Assembly (NCBI GenBank): GCA_030141605.1
Contig: JAQGDQ010002403.1
Location: 18,258-82,257 of the forward strand
Length of the DNA: 64,000 nucleotides
Origin: Tubiluchus corallicola
Lineage: Eukaryota; Animalia; Priapulida
Direction: 5' to 3'
In this document: piece by piece, positions 30,840 to 41,260 of the stretch
Position numbering within the stretch: position 1 is the first letter of the stretch
Layout: each line of letters begins with the position of its first letter
Made by a program: the position numbers and the translations under genes
The notes under the pieces: generated by a model
What the model was told of the DNA's origin: nothing
What the model saw: the letters and a program-made list of their open reading frames with translations, nothing else
Databases searched by the model: none

Positions 30840-31883
30840 TTATTTTTCTACTCTATCTAATAAAAGAGACTTTATAGATTCTAATTCTGCCTTTAAATTG
30901 TCTATTTCTTCTTTTGTCGATTCTAATTCTTCTACTTTCGCTTTTAAATTTTTATTCTCATTTTCCAAAGCTTCACATTTCACCACCAACTCTTGAACTG
31001 CTTTTATAGTTAATACATTTGCTGACCCCACATTAATTCTCATTACACTTTCTGTATCATTCTCAAGATAAAGACCACTTTCCACTACATCATCAGGAAA
31101 TACTTCTTTGAACTCTTGAGCAATGAAACTATAATAATATCTGTTCTTAAAGCCATGCTCCTTTGCCCAAAAATCTTTGTATTTAAACTTCACTGGGTGC
31201 AATTTCATTATAGTCTCTATTCCTCCTTGCAAACCTTGTATATCTTCTTTCACCCTTCTATCTGACGCCACATAAAAGTTAGGAGCAGTAGAATTAGCAT
31301 TGTCTGCAACAATAAGATTTTTTGTATGTAGTGTATTTAAATTATTAATAGACTTGTCATCTGCATCTTCTCCCTGTTTCAAAACTGCCGCTATATCAAC
31401 ATCACTAACTGATGATTCTACAAAGGTCTTGATAGCCAATTGTGTTGATAAACTATCATCGCTAGCATTTGAAAAGGTTTTATCGGTGCTGATGCCTGTC
31501 ACCATATTATCACCTAAATACAAGGTGTCGGTAGAAACAATGTTGCTATAAATAGTATCGCTTTGGATAATATTACTCTCACTCATTAATACAACCCACC
31601 TATTTTCATCTGCATTGTAATAATAATATGCCTGCTCATCTAAAACATAAATTATTAGCCCATCAGCATCGGATAAATCATTTAAATCTATATTACTAAG
31701 GACAGCATATTCAGCTACTCTAGGAAAAAGGACACCTTTACTATCAGAATAAATATCTAAAATAGCCATAGGATGAGGAGCTATCCCATCTTTTCCAATA
31801 CTAACACCTTCATATTGAGCATAAGCATAAAAATGAGACCCAAATAATAAAAACACAAACAATAATCTATATAAAAACGACAT
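30840..31883 (-). CDS. Secreted tail-fibre-like protein with C-terminal peptidase S74 intramolecular chaperone domain
   Basis: Signal peptide ending YA-Q; GVSIG...AILDIYSDSKGVLFPR...GLIIY...YYYY N-domain; ASDRRVKEDI...LHPVKFKYK...FIAQEFKEVFP; terminal coiled coil. Confidence 0.85.
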   Translation of the reverse strand: MSFLYRLLFVFLLFGSHFYAYAQYEGVSIGKDGIAPHPMAILDIYSDSKGVLFPRVAEYAVLSNIDLNDLSDADGLIIYVLDEQAYYYYNADENRWVVLMSESNIIQSDTIYSNIVSTDTLYLGDNMVTGISTDKTFSNASDDSLSTQLAIKTFVESSVSDVDIAAVLKQGEDADDKSINNLNTLHTKNLIVADNANSTAPNFYVASDRRVKEDIQGLQGGIETIMKLHPVKFKYKDFWAKEHGFKNRYYYSFIAQEFKEVFPDDVVESGLYLENDTESVMRINVGSANVLTIKAVQELVVKCEALENENKNLKAKVEELESTKEEIDNLKAELESIKSLLLDRVEK

Positions 31884-32133
31884 GTTTCAATAAGTTTTAT
31901 CTAAATTTCTTATTTTTCTCAATAAAAAAATCACACAGTTATATCTCACTTAACAAAAAGCAATGTTAATTATCATTTTGCTTTCAAAAAGTTCTTCATC
32001 TTATAAGCATTATAGATATACTTGCTTTCCTAAGTACACCTACCTATCTGAAAGAAAACCAAATCCCGTTCATATCAACCATAAAAAAAGAACTATTTAT
32101 AAATATAATATCTTTGGTAATAAATATGCAAAT

Positions 32134-32732
32134 TTAAACTAAAAATCTTTTTGCTGTTTCTCTTAGAATTTTAAAACGTTCCTTTTGATTAATGCCTTGT
32201 TTTATAAACTGTGCATTAGGCACCTCTAAGTTATTTAAAACTATTCATTAACGTTATCTGCATTGTCTCTAAGGCTTTCATTATGTAATGATTTTTGCTG
32301 ATTTTCTTCACTCCATTGTTTTGCAGTTTTTCCAAACAAAGCAATATTTAATAAGTCTGCTTCTTGTGCATAAATATAGCCCTCTTTTTTTTTAGTCAAA
32401 TGTAATTTGGGTGAGATTGTATTTTTTATTGCATCTGGTTGTAGAGTACAATTTGCTTTTGTTAAAAAAAGCCTGTGTAACCATTCTGCACTTTTAAGCC
32501 CTTTTAATTCTTTTTTTTTAATCTTTGAAATTCTTTTATTAGAAGTAATTCAAACTCTACTTATCCAAGATACAAATTTGAAAGCAATCCTTGTGGGCGT
32601 AAGTACCTCCAACACCACACACAAGAAACAAAATTATTCAACCCTGCTTGTTTTCTAAACACACCAAATTCGATGTATTTGAAATTTTGATTATTTAACC
32701 TTTCCCAAATACCTAAAAATTCTATTGTTGAG
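32134..32732 (-). pseudogene. Decayed KilA-N-domain protein gene
   Basis: Fragments in several frames: STIEFLGIWERLNNQNF..EF...AGLNNF / GGTYAHKD / IAFKFVSWIS / EFELLLIKEFQRLK...YAQEADLLNIALFGKTAKQW / IVLNNLE..NAQFIKQG. At least four frameshifts and no start region. Confidence 0.85.
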
Positions 32733-32832
32733 GACTTAATGTAAGATGTTTATCTCCAGCACTTTAGTTTAAGATAGTATATCATTATCATATTTTTTTA
32801 TATAAATTTCATGTTCCTTATAAAAAAGAAAA

Positions 32833-32870
32833 AGAATCACTACCTGTGTTTTTATAAGGATAGTGATTCT
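32833..32870 (-). terminator. Terminator of groESL
   Basis: Inverted repeat agaatcacta...tagtgattct ~20 bp past the groEL stop, followed by a T-tract on the minus strand. Confidence 0.7.
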
Positions 32871-32889
32871 TAAACCTAAAACTTAAAAT

Positions 32890-34533
<1,644 letters not shown>

Positions 34534-34607
34534 CTAAATTTGTTTTCTTTTATATGTTAGTATTTCTTTTCAATACTCTTTATTATATTGTTATGATATA
34601 ACAGATG

Positions 34608-34886
34608 TTAAATTACAGCCAATATATCGTCCTGCTTCATCATTAAATAATCGCTATCATCTACACTAAGCTCTGTTCCCGAATACTTTCCGTATAGGAC
34701 AACATCACCCACCTTTACCTCCATTGTTACATCTTTTGTACCTTTACCTATGGCAACCACTGTGCCTTTTTGTGGCTTTTCTTGTGCCGAATCAGGTATG
34801 TAAATACCTGTGGAGGTTTTCACCTCTGCTTTCATTGGTTCTACTAAAACTCTATCACCCAAGGGTTTTATTTTTACGTTTGCCAT
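34608..34886 (-). CDS. groS: Co-chaperonin GroES
   Basis: IKPLGDRVLV, GIYIPDSAQEKP, VKVGDVVLYGKYSGTE. Confidence 0.98.
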   Translation of the reverse strand: MANVKIKPLGDRVLVEPMKAEVKTSTGIYIPDSAQEKPQKGTVVAIGKGTKDVTMEVKVGDVVLYGKYSGTELSVDDSDYLMMKQDDILAVI

Positions 34887-34946
34887 TTTTATTTTTAAAT
34901 TAAAAAAATTTTACTTTATTTATAAATTCTCAACAAACCTTTACAG

Positions 34947-34962
34947 TCAAAATATATGCCAA
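34947..34962 (-). promoter_or_regulatory. Putative sigma-54 -24/-12 promoter of groESL (TTGGCATATATTTTGA)
   Basis: TTGGCA-N5-TTTGA (GG-N10-GA), 60 bp upstream of the groES ATG; the -12 GC is replaced by GA. Confidence 0.6.
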
Positions 34963-34997
34963 TTTTATATCATAGACTTTTTGACGCATTTTGATTG

Positions 34998-35018
34998 TAT
35001 CATTATGTCATTATGCCA
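34998..35018. promoter_or_regulatory. 8-bp-periodic TGnCA repeat upstream of the groES promoter (candidate activator site)
   Basis: tatcatta-tgtcatta-tgcca on the plus strand. Confidence 0.45.
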
Positions 35019-35022
35019 TAAT

Positions 35023-35367
35023 TTATTCTTTGGATTCGTCCTCTGACCCTTCTTGCAAAATATTTGGAAGTTCTTCAAAAAGTTGACTAGCACTAGGTAT
35101 AGTGGTCGTAACTTCTTCTGTAATAACTGATGTAGCTTGCTCCTTGTCAGGAGTAAGATGCCCTACTACTATTGAAAGAAGCAACAACGCTCCTGCAAGC
35201 GTCCAAGTGGCTTTTTCAAGAAAATCAGTTGTTTTCTGTACACCTACTATTTGGTTAGAAGACGCAAAATTAGAAGAAAGCCCGCCACCCTTAGAATTTT
35301 GAATCAACACAGCTAAGGTCAAAATCACACAAATAATCAATATTAATATAGAAACAAAATAATACAT
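35023..35367 (-). CDS. secG: Preprotein translocase subunit SecG
   Basis: VLIQNSKGGGLSSNF...TTDFLEKATWTL between two TM helices. Confidence 0.93.
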   Translation of the reverse strand: MYYFVSILILIICVILTLAVLIQNSKGGGLSSNFASSNQIVGVQKTTDFLEKATWTLAGALLLLSIVVGHLTPDKEQATSVITEEVTTTIPSASQLFEELPNILQEGSEDESKE

Positions 35368-35376
35368 CTCTTTTTG

Positions 35377-36006
35377 CTAATTTACATATTTCTTTATTTT
35401 CTCTAACTGAACTGCAAAGTAAGTTCTTTTTTCTGGATATTTCAAATATAATTTTTCATAAACTCGAAGAGCTTGTAAATAATGACCCTGCTTAACATAA
35501 ACCTTAGCCAAAGCCTCCGTAATAAGATTCTCATTTTTCTGTATGCTACTCTCTGAAAGATCTTTGTTCTTTTCTTGCCCTTTAACTACCTTGTCAATTT
35601 TAATCTTAGGAGACTTCTTTATAAAGTTATCTATTAAATCATTTCGATTGAAAACTTTTGTTTTTTCGTCCACCAACTTAGGAGCTTTCATTATATCATA
35701 CACTGCCACATCTGTTGGTAAAGATTTTTTGCATAGTTTCTCTGATTGATGTAATAAATCATAAAGTCTCTCCCTATCCGTTGTGTATATTGCAGTAACC
35801 AACAATTCGCTTTTGAACCTCAAACTTTTCTCTGCCTGCAAGTTCTTAATTAATAGTAGTCTTGCTGTCTGAAAATACGGATATTTCTCTATTATTTTCT
35901 CTATCTCTGAGATGGTATTGATATTTAAACTACCACTATCTTCAATGTATTTTAATAAAGTATCACTATTCAATTTAAGATTGAATTTATTTAGAAATAT
36001 TTTCAA
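35377..36006 (-). CDS. Hypothetical protein with C-terminal TPR-like motif
   Basis: YPYFQTARLL N-terminal motif; ITEALAKVYVKQGHYLQALRVYEKLYLKYPEKRTYFA; lies between lptE and secG. Confidence 0.8.
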   Translation of the reverse strand: MKIFLNKFNLKLNSDTLLKYIEDSGSLNINTISEIEKIIEKYPYFQTARLLLIKNLQAEKSLRFKSELLVTAIYTTDRERLYDLLHQSEKLCKKSLPTDVAVYDIMKAPKLVDEKTKVFNRNDLIDNFIKKSPKIKIDKVVKGQEKNKDLSESSIQKNENLITEALAKVYVKQGHYLQALRVYEKLYLKYPEKRTYFAVQLEKIKKYVN

Positions 36007-36028
36007 CTTGTAATCTTTGGACAGATTA

Positions 36029-36538
36029 TTACCAATTAATCACTGATTTATTAAATATATCTTGAATAATTTGATCTAATATTACCTCTACCAATTCACT
36101 TTCTACTGATTCAAAACTTTGACTACTTTCATAATCTTCAAAAGCAGAAAAAGAATCGTCGAAATTGGTTTTTTCATCATACTTATTGGTAAATTTAACC
36201 CTTATTTTTATTGTTAGTCTATTTTCTGCTGCCGTCTGAGCATCTGTTATAGCCATTGGCTTTATTTCATAGCCTGTAATCTCTCCTTCAAAATGCAAGT
36301 CTCCTTCCGTATCTGTAACAAGAACCAACTTCGTTTGAGAGTCGAATCTTTCTTTTAGTTTCAAATCAAATTCTGCAGCCAAATTAGGATTTACAAGAGG
36401 TGCTCTATTCTCAAAAAATCGCACGGAATAAGTTTCTGCCTCTACTGGAATAGAAGTTCCAGAAAAAGAATAACTTATTTTACACCCTGCAAACATTACT
36501 ACCCCCAATAGTAAAAACACGTTGAATAACCTGTTCAT
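36029..36538 (-). CDS. lptE: LPS-assembly lipoprotein LptE family
   Basis: Lipobox FAGC, YSFSGTSI, FENRAP, NRLTIKIRVKF, DIFNKSVINW. Confidence 0.85.
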   Translation of the reverse strand: MNRLFNVFLLLGVVMFAGCKISYSFSGTSIPVEAETYSVRFFENRAPLVNPNLAAEFDLKLKERFDSQTKLVLVTDTEGDLHFEGEITGYEIKPMAITDAQTAAENRLTIKIRVKFTNKYDEKTNFDDSFSAFEDYESSQSFESVESELVEVILDQIIQDIFNKSVINW

Positions 36539-36541
36539 CTT

Positions 36542-37795
36542 TTATATATGTATATTATATTCCTTTATTTTACGATAAAGAGTTCGTTCTGATATACCTA
36601 ATTCTAAAGCAGCATATCTTCTTTTACCCTTATTTTTTTCTAATGCTTTCTTTATCAACTCTTTTTCATTGTCTTCAAGCGACAACGATTCTTCTACCAT
36701 CTCTTCTGTATCTTCTATATGTTTGGCTTCTTTATTTTTGATAATTGCTGAACTATTATTAGTTTTTGAAGAGGCAGTAATAATAGAAGTATCATTTTGT
36801 TCAACCTCTAAAATGTTATTTATAGCTCGTGCATTATCTTTTTGCACTTCTTCACTAAATCTTCCATTCCTAATGATATCCAACACCAGTTTCTTTAAAT
36901 CTTTCATATCTTGTTTCATGTCAAAAAGCACCTTATACAGAATCTCTCGCTCCGATGCAAAGTTGGCATCATTTTCACCGCCTTCTTTGTAAAGAGTTAA
37001 AGCACTGGGCTGATGTATATTAGGAAGATATCTGAGCAGTGACTTTTCATCTATTATTCTACTCTTTTCAATAATAGACATTTGTTCTGTTACATTTTTC
37101 AGTTGTCTGATGTTTCCTTGCCAATAATAATTTTCTAACAATTTTTGGGCTTGGGGAGTAATAGTAAGTACAGGCACTTTATATTTTTCAGCAAAATCAG
37201 TAGCAAATTTTCTAAACAGCAAGTTAACGTCTTCCTTCCTCTTTCTTAGGGCTGGGATGCTAATGGTAATAGCATTGAGTCTATAATATAAATCCTCTCT
37301 AAATTTTCCCTTCCTAATTGCCTCTGCAAAATCTATGTTTGTAGCAGCAACTACTCTTACATTTGTTTTTAAGGTTTTAGACGAACCCACTTTTATAAAT
37401 TCTCCTGTTTCTAACACTCTCAACAACTTTGCTTGAGTAGAGAGAGGTAACTCTCCCACTTCATCCAAAAAAATGGTCCCTCCATCTGCCTCTTGAAAAT
37501 ATCCCTTCCTATCAGATAATGCACCAGTAAAGGCTCCTTTCTCGTGACCAAAAAGCTCTGAATCTATGGTTCCCTCCGGTATTGCACCACAATTGACGGC
37601 TATATATGGAGAATGTTTTCTATGACTATGCTGATGAATTATTTTAGGAAATACCTCCTTCCCTACTCCACTCTCCCCTACAATTACCACAGACAAATTT
37701 GCAGGTGCCACTTGCACTGCTATATTCACAGCTCGCTCTAAGTCTTTTGAATATCCTATAATACCAAATTTCTTTTTTATCTCCTGTAGCTCCAT
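36542..37795 (-). CDS. Sigma-54-dependent enhancer-binding protein (AAA+ plus Fis-type HTH, no N-terminal sensor domain)
   Basis: GESGVGKE, intact GAFTGA, FLDEVGEL, FREDLYYRL, C-terminal LGISERTLYRKIKEY; likely start ATG 37795, 4 nt after TATATTTG. Confidence 0.93.
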   Translation of the reverse strand: MELQEIKKKFGIIGYSKDLERAVNIAVQVAPANLSVVIVGESGVGKEVFPKIIHQHSHRKHSPYIAVNCGAIPEGTIDSELFGHEKGAFTGALSDRKGYFQEADGGTIFLDEVGELPLSTQAKLLRVLETGEFIKVGSSKTLKTNVRVVAATNIDFAEAIRKGKFREDLYYRLNAITISIPALRKRKEDVNLLFRKFATDFAEKYKVPVLTITPQAQKLLENYYWQGNIRQLKNVTEQMSIIEKSRIIDEKSLLRYLPNIHQPSALTLYKEGGENDANFASEREILYKVLFDMKQDMKDLKKLVLDIIRNGRFSEEVQKDNARAINNILEVEQNDTSIITASSKTNNSSAIIKNKEAKHIEDTEEMVEESLSLEDNEKELIKKALEKNKGKRRYAALELGISERTLYRKIKEYNIHI

Positions 37796-38036
37796 ACTGC
37801 AAATATACTGTTTATTTTTGTAGAACGCAATATTCACCCTTCATGCAGGAATTAAGAAAACATTGAATAAGATAAATCTTTCAAAAACTATTTTTTTGCA
37901 ACCTTTTTTGATTTTTGCATCTTAATTATAAATCGATAAACAAACATTGTTGTTTCACCGTATAAAAGTAAATGTTTTCAAAAAATAATTATTTGAGTTT
38001 TACTATCTTTACATTTGTTGTTGTTAATTCATAATA

Positions 38037-40313
38037 ATGTTTATTAGGTTATTCTATATTCTAGTTGTAATGTTAATTTCCATTAGTGTTACTGCTCAAG
38101 AAGTAGGTTTAGTGCTAAGTGGTGGTGGTGCAAAAGGCATGGCACATATAGGGGTTATCAAAGCTCTTGAAGAGAACAACATCCCTATTGACTATATTGC
38201 TGGCACATCCATTGGTGCTGTTGTAGGAGGACTATATGCCATTGGCTATTCCTTAGAAGAAATGGAAAGCCTATTTAGGTCAGAAGAATTTAATGATTGG
38301 ATAACTGGAAGTATTTCAGAAAAGCATACTTTCTTTTTCAAAGGAAGAGATATGGACCCTACTTTATTTTCTATTAAATTCTACAAAAAAGACTCTATCA
38401 TCCAACCAGAACTACCTACTAGTATTATCTCTACTTCTAGCCTTGATTTTGCTTTTTTAGAAAAATATCTGGGTGCAAACGCTGTTTCAAATAACAATTT
38501 TGATAGTCTCTTCGTACCTTTTAGGTGTGTTGCTACTGATATTTTTGAAAATAAAACTATTATTTTCAAAAATGGGGAATTGGATAAAGCAATAAGAGCC
38601 TCAATGGCTATTCCATTTTTTTTTCCCCCTATAGAAATTAATGGTCAATTAATGTTCGATGGTGGGATAAAAAATAATTTTCCCGTAGATGTGATGATAA
38701 AAGATTTTAACCCTGATTATATTATTGGTAGTGTTGTTGCTGAAGATTTAAAAAAGCCAGATATAGATGATATGAGCTCCCAAATAATGAACTTAATTAT
38801 GAATAGGACAGAATACTCTGTCCCACAAGACAAGGGTATTACTATAAGAACTAAATTTTCTGGCATAAACATATTGGAATTTCATAAAGTAGATATTATA
38901 AAAGATATTGGCTATGCAGAAGCTATGTGTCGGATGGAAGAAATAAAGGACAATGTCTCTAAACGTATTTCTATAGAAGAAAAACAAAAAGAAAGAGAAA
39001 TGTTCAAATCAAAATATCCAGCACCTGTATTCTCCAAAGTAAAAGTGACTGGGGTTTCTAAAAATTGGGAAAAACAAATAAAAAACAACCTCACAAAAAA
39101 GGACAAAGATTTTAGAATAGAAAAAGCAAAACAAGAGTATTTTAGACTTGTCTCAGACAAGCATATAAAATCTATCTATACAGAAGTAAGTTTCGACACA
39201 ACAGACAACAAGTATAATTTAAATTTAAATATCAAGAAAGATGCCCCCTTGGAGCTGAAAATAGGTGGAAATATTTCTACCTCTTTAAACAATCAAGGCT
39301 TCGTGGGTATCAATTACAACACTTATAGAACTGTTATTTCCTGTTTTAACCTTAATGCCAATTTTGGTAGATTATACAATAGCCTATATCTTGGAAATAG
39401 CTCTTTCCTTTCCTTAAATAATATGCCATTAGCTATTAATGTATATGTGTTAAAGGATAAGTACAATTATTTTTTGAATTCTGCTGAAATTTTTAATTTT
39501 GATGAAAGACCTCCTTACTATGTAAATAGCTCTACTACTGCAAATATATCTTTCCGCACTCCTATTTTCATTAATAGTATTTTCGAACTTGGAGGTAAGT
39601 ATATTCTTGCAGAATATGAATATTTTCTCAATAGTTTTTCTATAGCAAACGATATACCAGATAACACAAATTTTGATCATTCAATCTTTTTTGCCAAAAT
39701 AGAAAGAAGCACCTTGAACAAAAAACAATACTCTACAAAAGGCTCCTATCAAAATATAACCATAGAGCATATAAGAGGAACAGAAAACTATATACCTGGA
39801 ACACAATCAAACAATATGGCAACTCTGAACAAACACCATCAATGGTTTAATTTAACTGCATCTATAGATAAATACTCCAAAATAACAAAAAAGATATCCT
39901 TAGGATTCTCAGGAGAGTTTGTTGTTTCAAATCAACCAGAGTTTTCCAACAATACATCGAACCTTATTGTCTCACCTGCATTTAAACCCACAATACATAG
40001 CAAAACACTCTTTTTAGAGGATCTCCGTTCCACTGGATATTTGGGTGGAAGTTTAAAATTCATTTACAATATTAGAAATAACTTGCACCTTAGAGCAGAG
40101 GGACACTTTTTCCTTCCTTATAAAGAATTAACAGACAACACTGATTGGAACAGCCTAACTTTTAAAGACATACTTCTTAGCAATAACTATATATTCAATA
40201 CAGAGTTGGTGTATTATACATTTCTTGGTCCTGCAAGCATTGGTCTTCACTATTATAATAGGAGTACACAGAACACATTTCTCGTATTTAATTTTGGGTT
40301 TCTCCTACCTTAA
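38037..40313 (+). CDS. Patatin-like phospholipase with C-terminal outer-membrane barrel (PlpD-like)
   Basis: Signal peptide; LSGGGAKG, GTSIG (GxSxG) and DGG motifs; beta-strand-rich C-terminus. Confidence 0.88.
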   Translation: MFIRLFYILVVMLISISVTAQEVGLVLSGGGAKGMAHIGVIKALEENNIPIDYIAGTSIGAVVGGLYAIGYSLEEMESLFRSEEFNDWITGSISEKHTFFFKGRDMDPTLFSIKFYKKDSIIQPELPTSIISTSSLDFAFLEKYLGANAVSNNNFDSLFVPFRCVATDIFENKTIIFKNGELDKAIRASMAIPFFFPPIEINGQLMFDGGIKNNFPVDVMIKDFNPDYIIGSVVAEDLKKPDIDDMSSQIMNLIMNRTEYSVPQDKGITIRTKFSGINILEFHKVDIIKDIGYAEAMCRMEEIKDNVSKRISIEEKQKEREMFKSKYPAPVFSKVKVTGVSKNWEKQIKNNLTKKDKDFRIEKAKQEYFRLVSDKHIKSIYTEVSFDTTDNKYNLNLNIKKDAPLELKIGGNISTSLNNQGFVGINYNTYRTVISCFNLNANFGRLYNSLYLGNSSFLSLNNMPLAINVYVLKDKYNYFLNSAEIFNFDERPPYYVNSSTTANISFRTPIFINSIFELGGKYILAEYEYFLNSFSIANDIPDNTNFDHSIFFAKIERSTLNKKQYSTKGSYQNITIEHIRGTENYIPGTQSNNMATLNKHHQWFNLTASIDKYSKITKKISLGFSGEFVVSNQPEFSNNTSNLIVSPAFKPTIHSKTLFLEDLRSTGYLGGSLKFIYNIRNNLHLRAEGHFFLPYKELTDNTDWNSLTFKDILLSNNYIFNTELVYYTFLGPASIGLHYYNRSTQNTFLVFNFGFLLP

Positions 40314-40514
40314 AAGAGTTTCTTCCTCTTCTTGCATGACACCTTTTTTTGCTACAGACATTATTCTTCCCATAACACTATCAGAAGGTTCAAACTCCAA
40401 TAAATCTTTTAACGGAATTGAAAACTCTGCAGAGTTTAAAGTTTCTTCGCTTTCCTTAACAATAGAAACATTAGGTTTTTTAATACCAAATAGCTCTTTT
40501 ATCATATCTTCCAT
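40305..40514 (-). CDS. Small hypothetical protein downstream of ECF sigma
   Basis: 69-aa ORF 20 bp after the sigma stop; EPSDSVMGRIMSVAK motif. Confidence 0.6.
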   Translation of the reverse strand: MEDMIKELFGIKKPNVSIVKESEETLNSAEFSIPLKDLLEFEPSDSVMGRIMSVAKKGVMQEEEETLLR

Positions 40515-40534
40515 AGATTAATTTTTTAACTATG

Positions 40535-41137
40535 TTAATTAATTTTTAAAATAAGTTTATTTTTTTCTATCATTTGCCTTAAATTTATCAAAGCATATCT
40601 CATTCTTCCTAGTGCTGTATTAATGCTCACCCCTGTATCTTCAGCTATTTCTTTAAAACTCATATTAGCAAAGTGTCTTAAAAAAACAACTTGCTTCTGG
40701 TCATCTGGTAGTTTTCCCATTAGCACCCTAATCTCTTTCTTTATCTGCTCGCTGACTATTTTATCTTCTATATTTCGCCCTGCTAATTTTATGTTGTTAA
40801 AATAGTCAAAATCTTCATAATTATCTTTCGAAAAAACTTTCAAATTCTTCTCTTTTCTATAATGATCAACTATCAAATTATGAGCAATACGCATCACCCA
40901 CGAGCCAAACTTACCATCCTCCGAATACTTACCTTTTTTCAAAGAATCAACCACCTTAATAAAGGTATCCTGAAAAATATCCTCTGCCAAACTTCTATTC
41001 TTCGTAGTAAAATAAATATACGAATAAACCTTACTCTTATAACGATTAATTAGCTTTTCTATTGCGTCAAGATCTCCATTAATGTACATTGATATCAACT
41101 CATTGTCCGAAATCTCTTGTGGGCTCTTGGTTTTCAA
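40535..41137 (-). CDS. ECF RNA polymerase sigma-70 factor (divergent from uvrA)
   Basis: AEDIFQDTFIKV, WVMRIAHNLIVDHYR, SFKEIAEDTGVSINTALGRMRYALINLR. Confidence 0.93.
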   Translation of the reverse strand: MKTKSPQEISDNELISMYINGDLDAIEKLINRYKSKVYSYIYFTTKNRSLAEDIFQDTFIKVVDSLKKGKYSEDGKFGSWVMRIAHNLIVDHYRKEKNLKVFSKDNYEDFDYFNNIKLAGRNIEDKIVSEQIKKEIRVLMGKLPDDQKQVVFLRHFANMSFKEIAEDTGVSINTALGRMRYALINLRQMIEKNKLILKIN

Positions 41138-41260
41138 AATAAATTATTTTTAAAAAAATTAATCCTTTTTAACAAATGTAATAAACTATTTTTTCAATTC
41201 CATATTTAATTATTGTAATTTTGTTTTTTTTATATTAAAATTTGATGAATAACAGCATAT

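Noticed and set aside
32407-32658. 83-aa plus-strand ORF
   Set aside because: It is antisense to the KilA-N pseudogene, which explains the open frame.
30840-32732. Prophage call for the S74 gene plus KilA-N relic
   Set aside because: No integrase, terminase, capsid or att sites, and the S74 protein has a bacterial Sec signal peptide.
34890-35022. CIRCE (HrcA) operator upstream of groES
   Set aside because: No TTAGCACTC-N9-GAGTGCTAA match is present.
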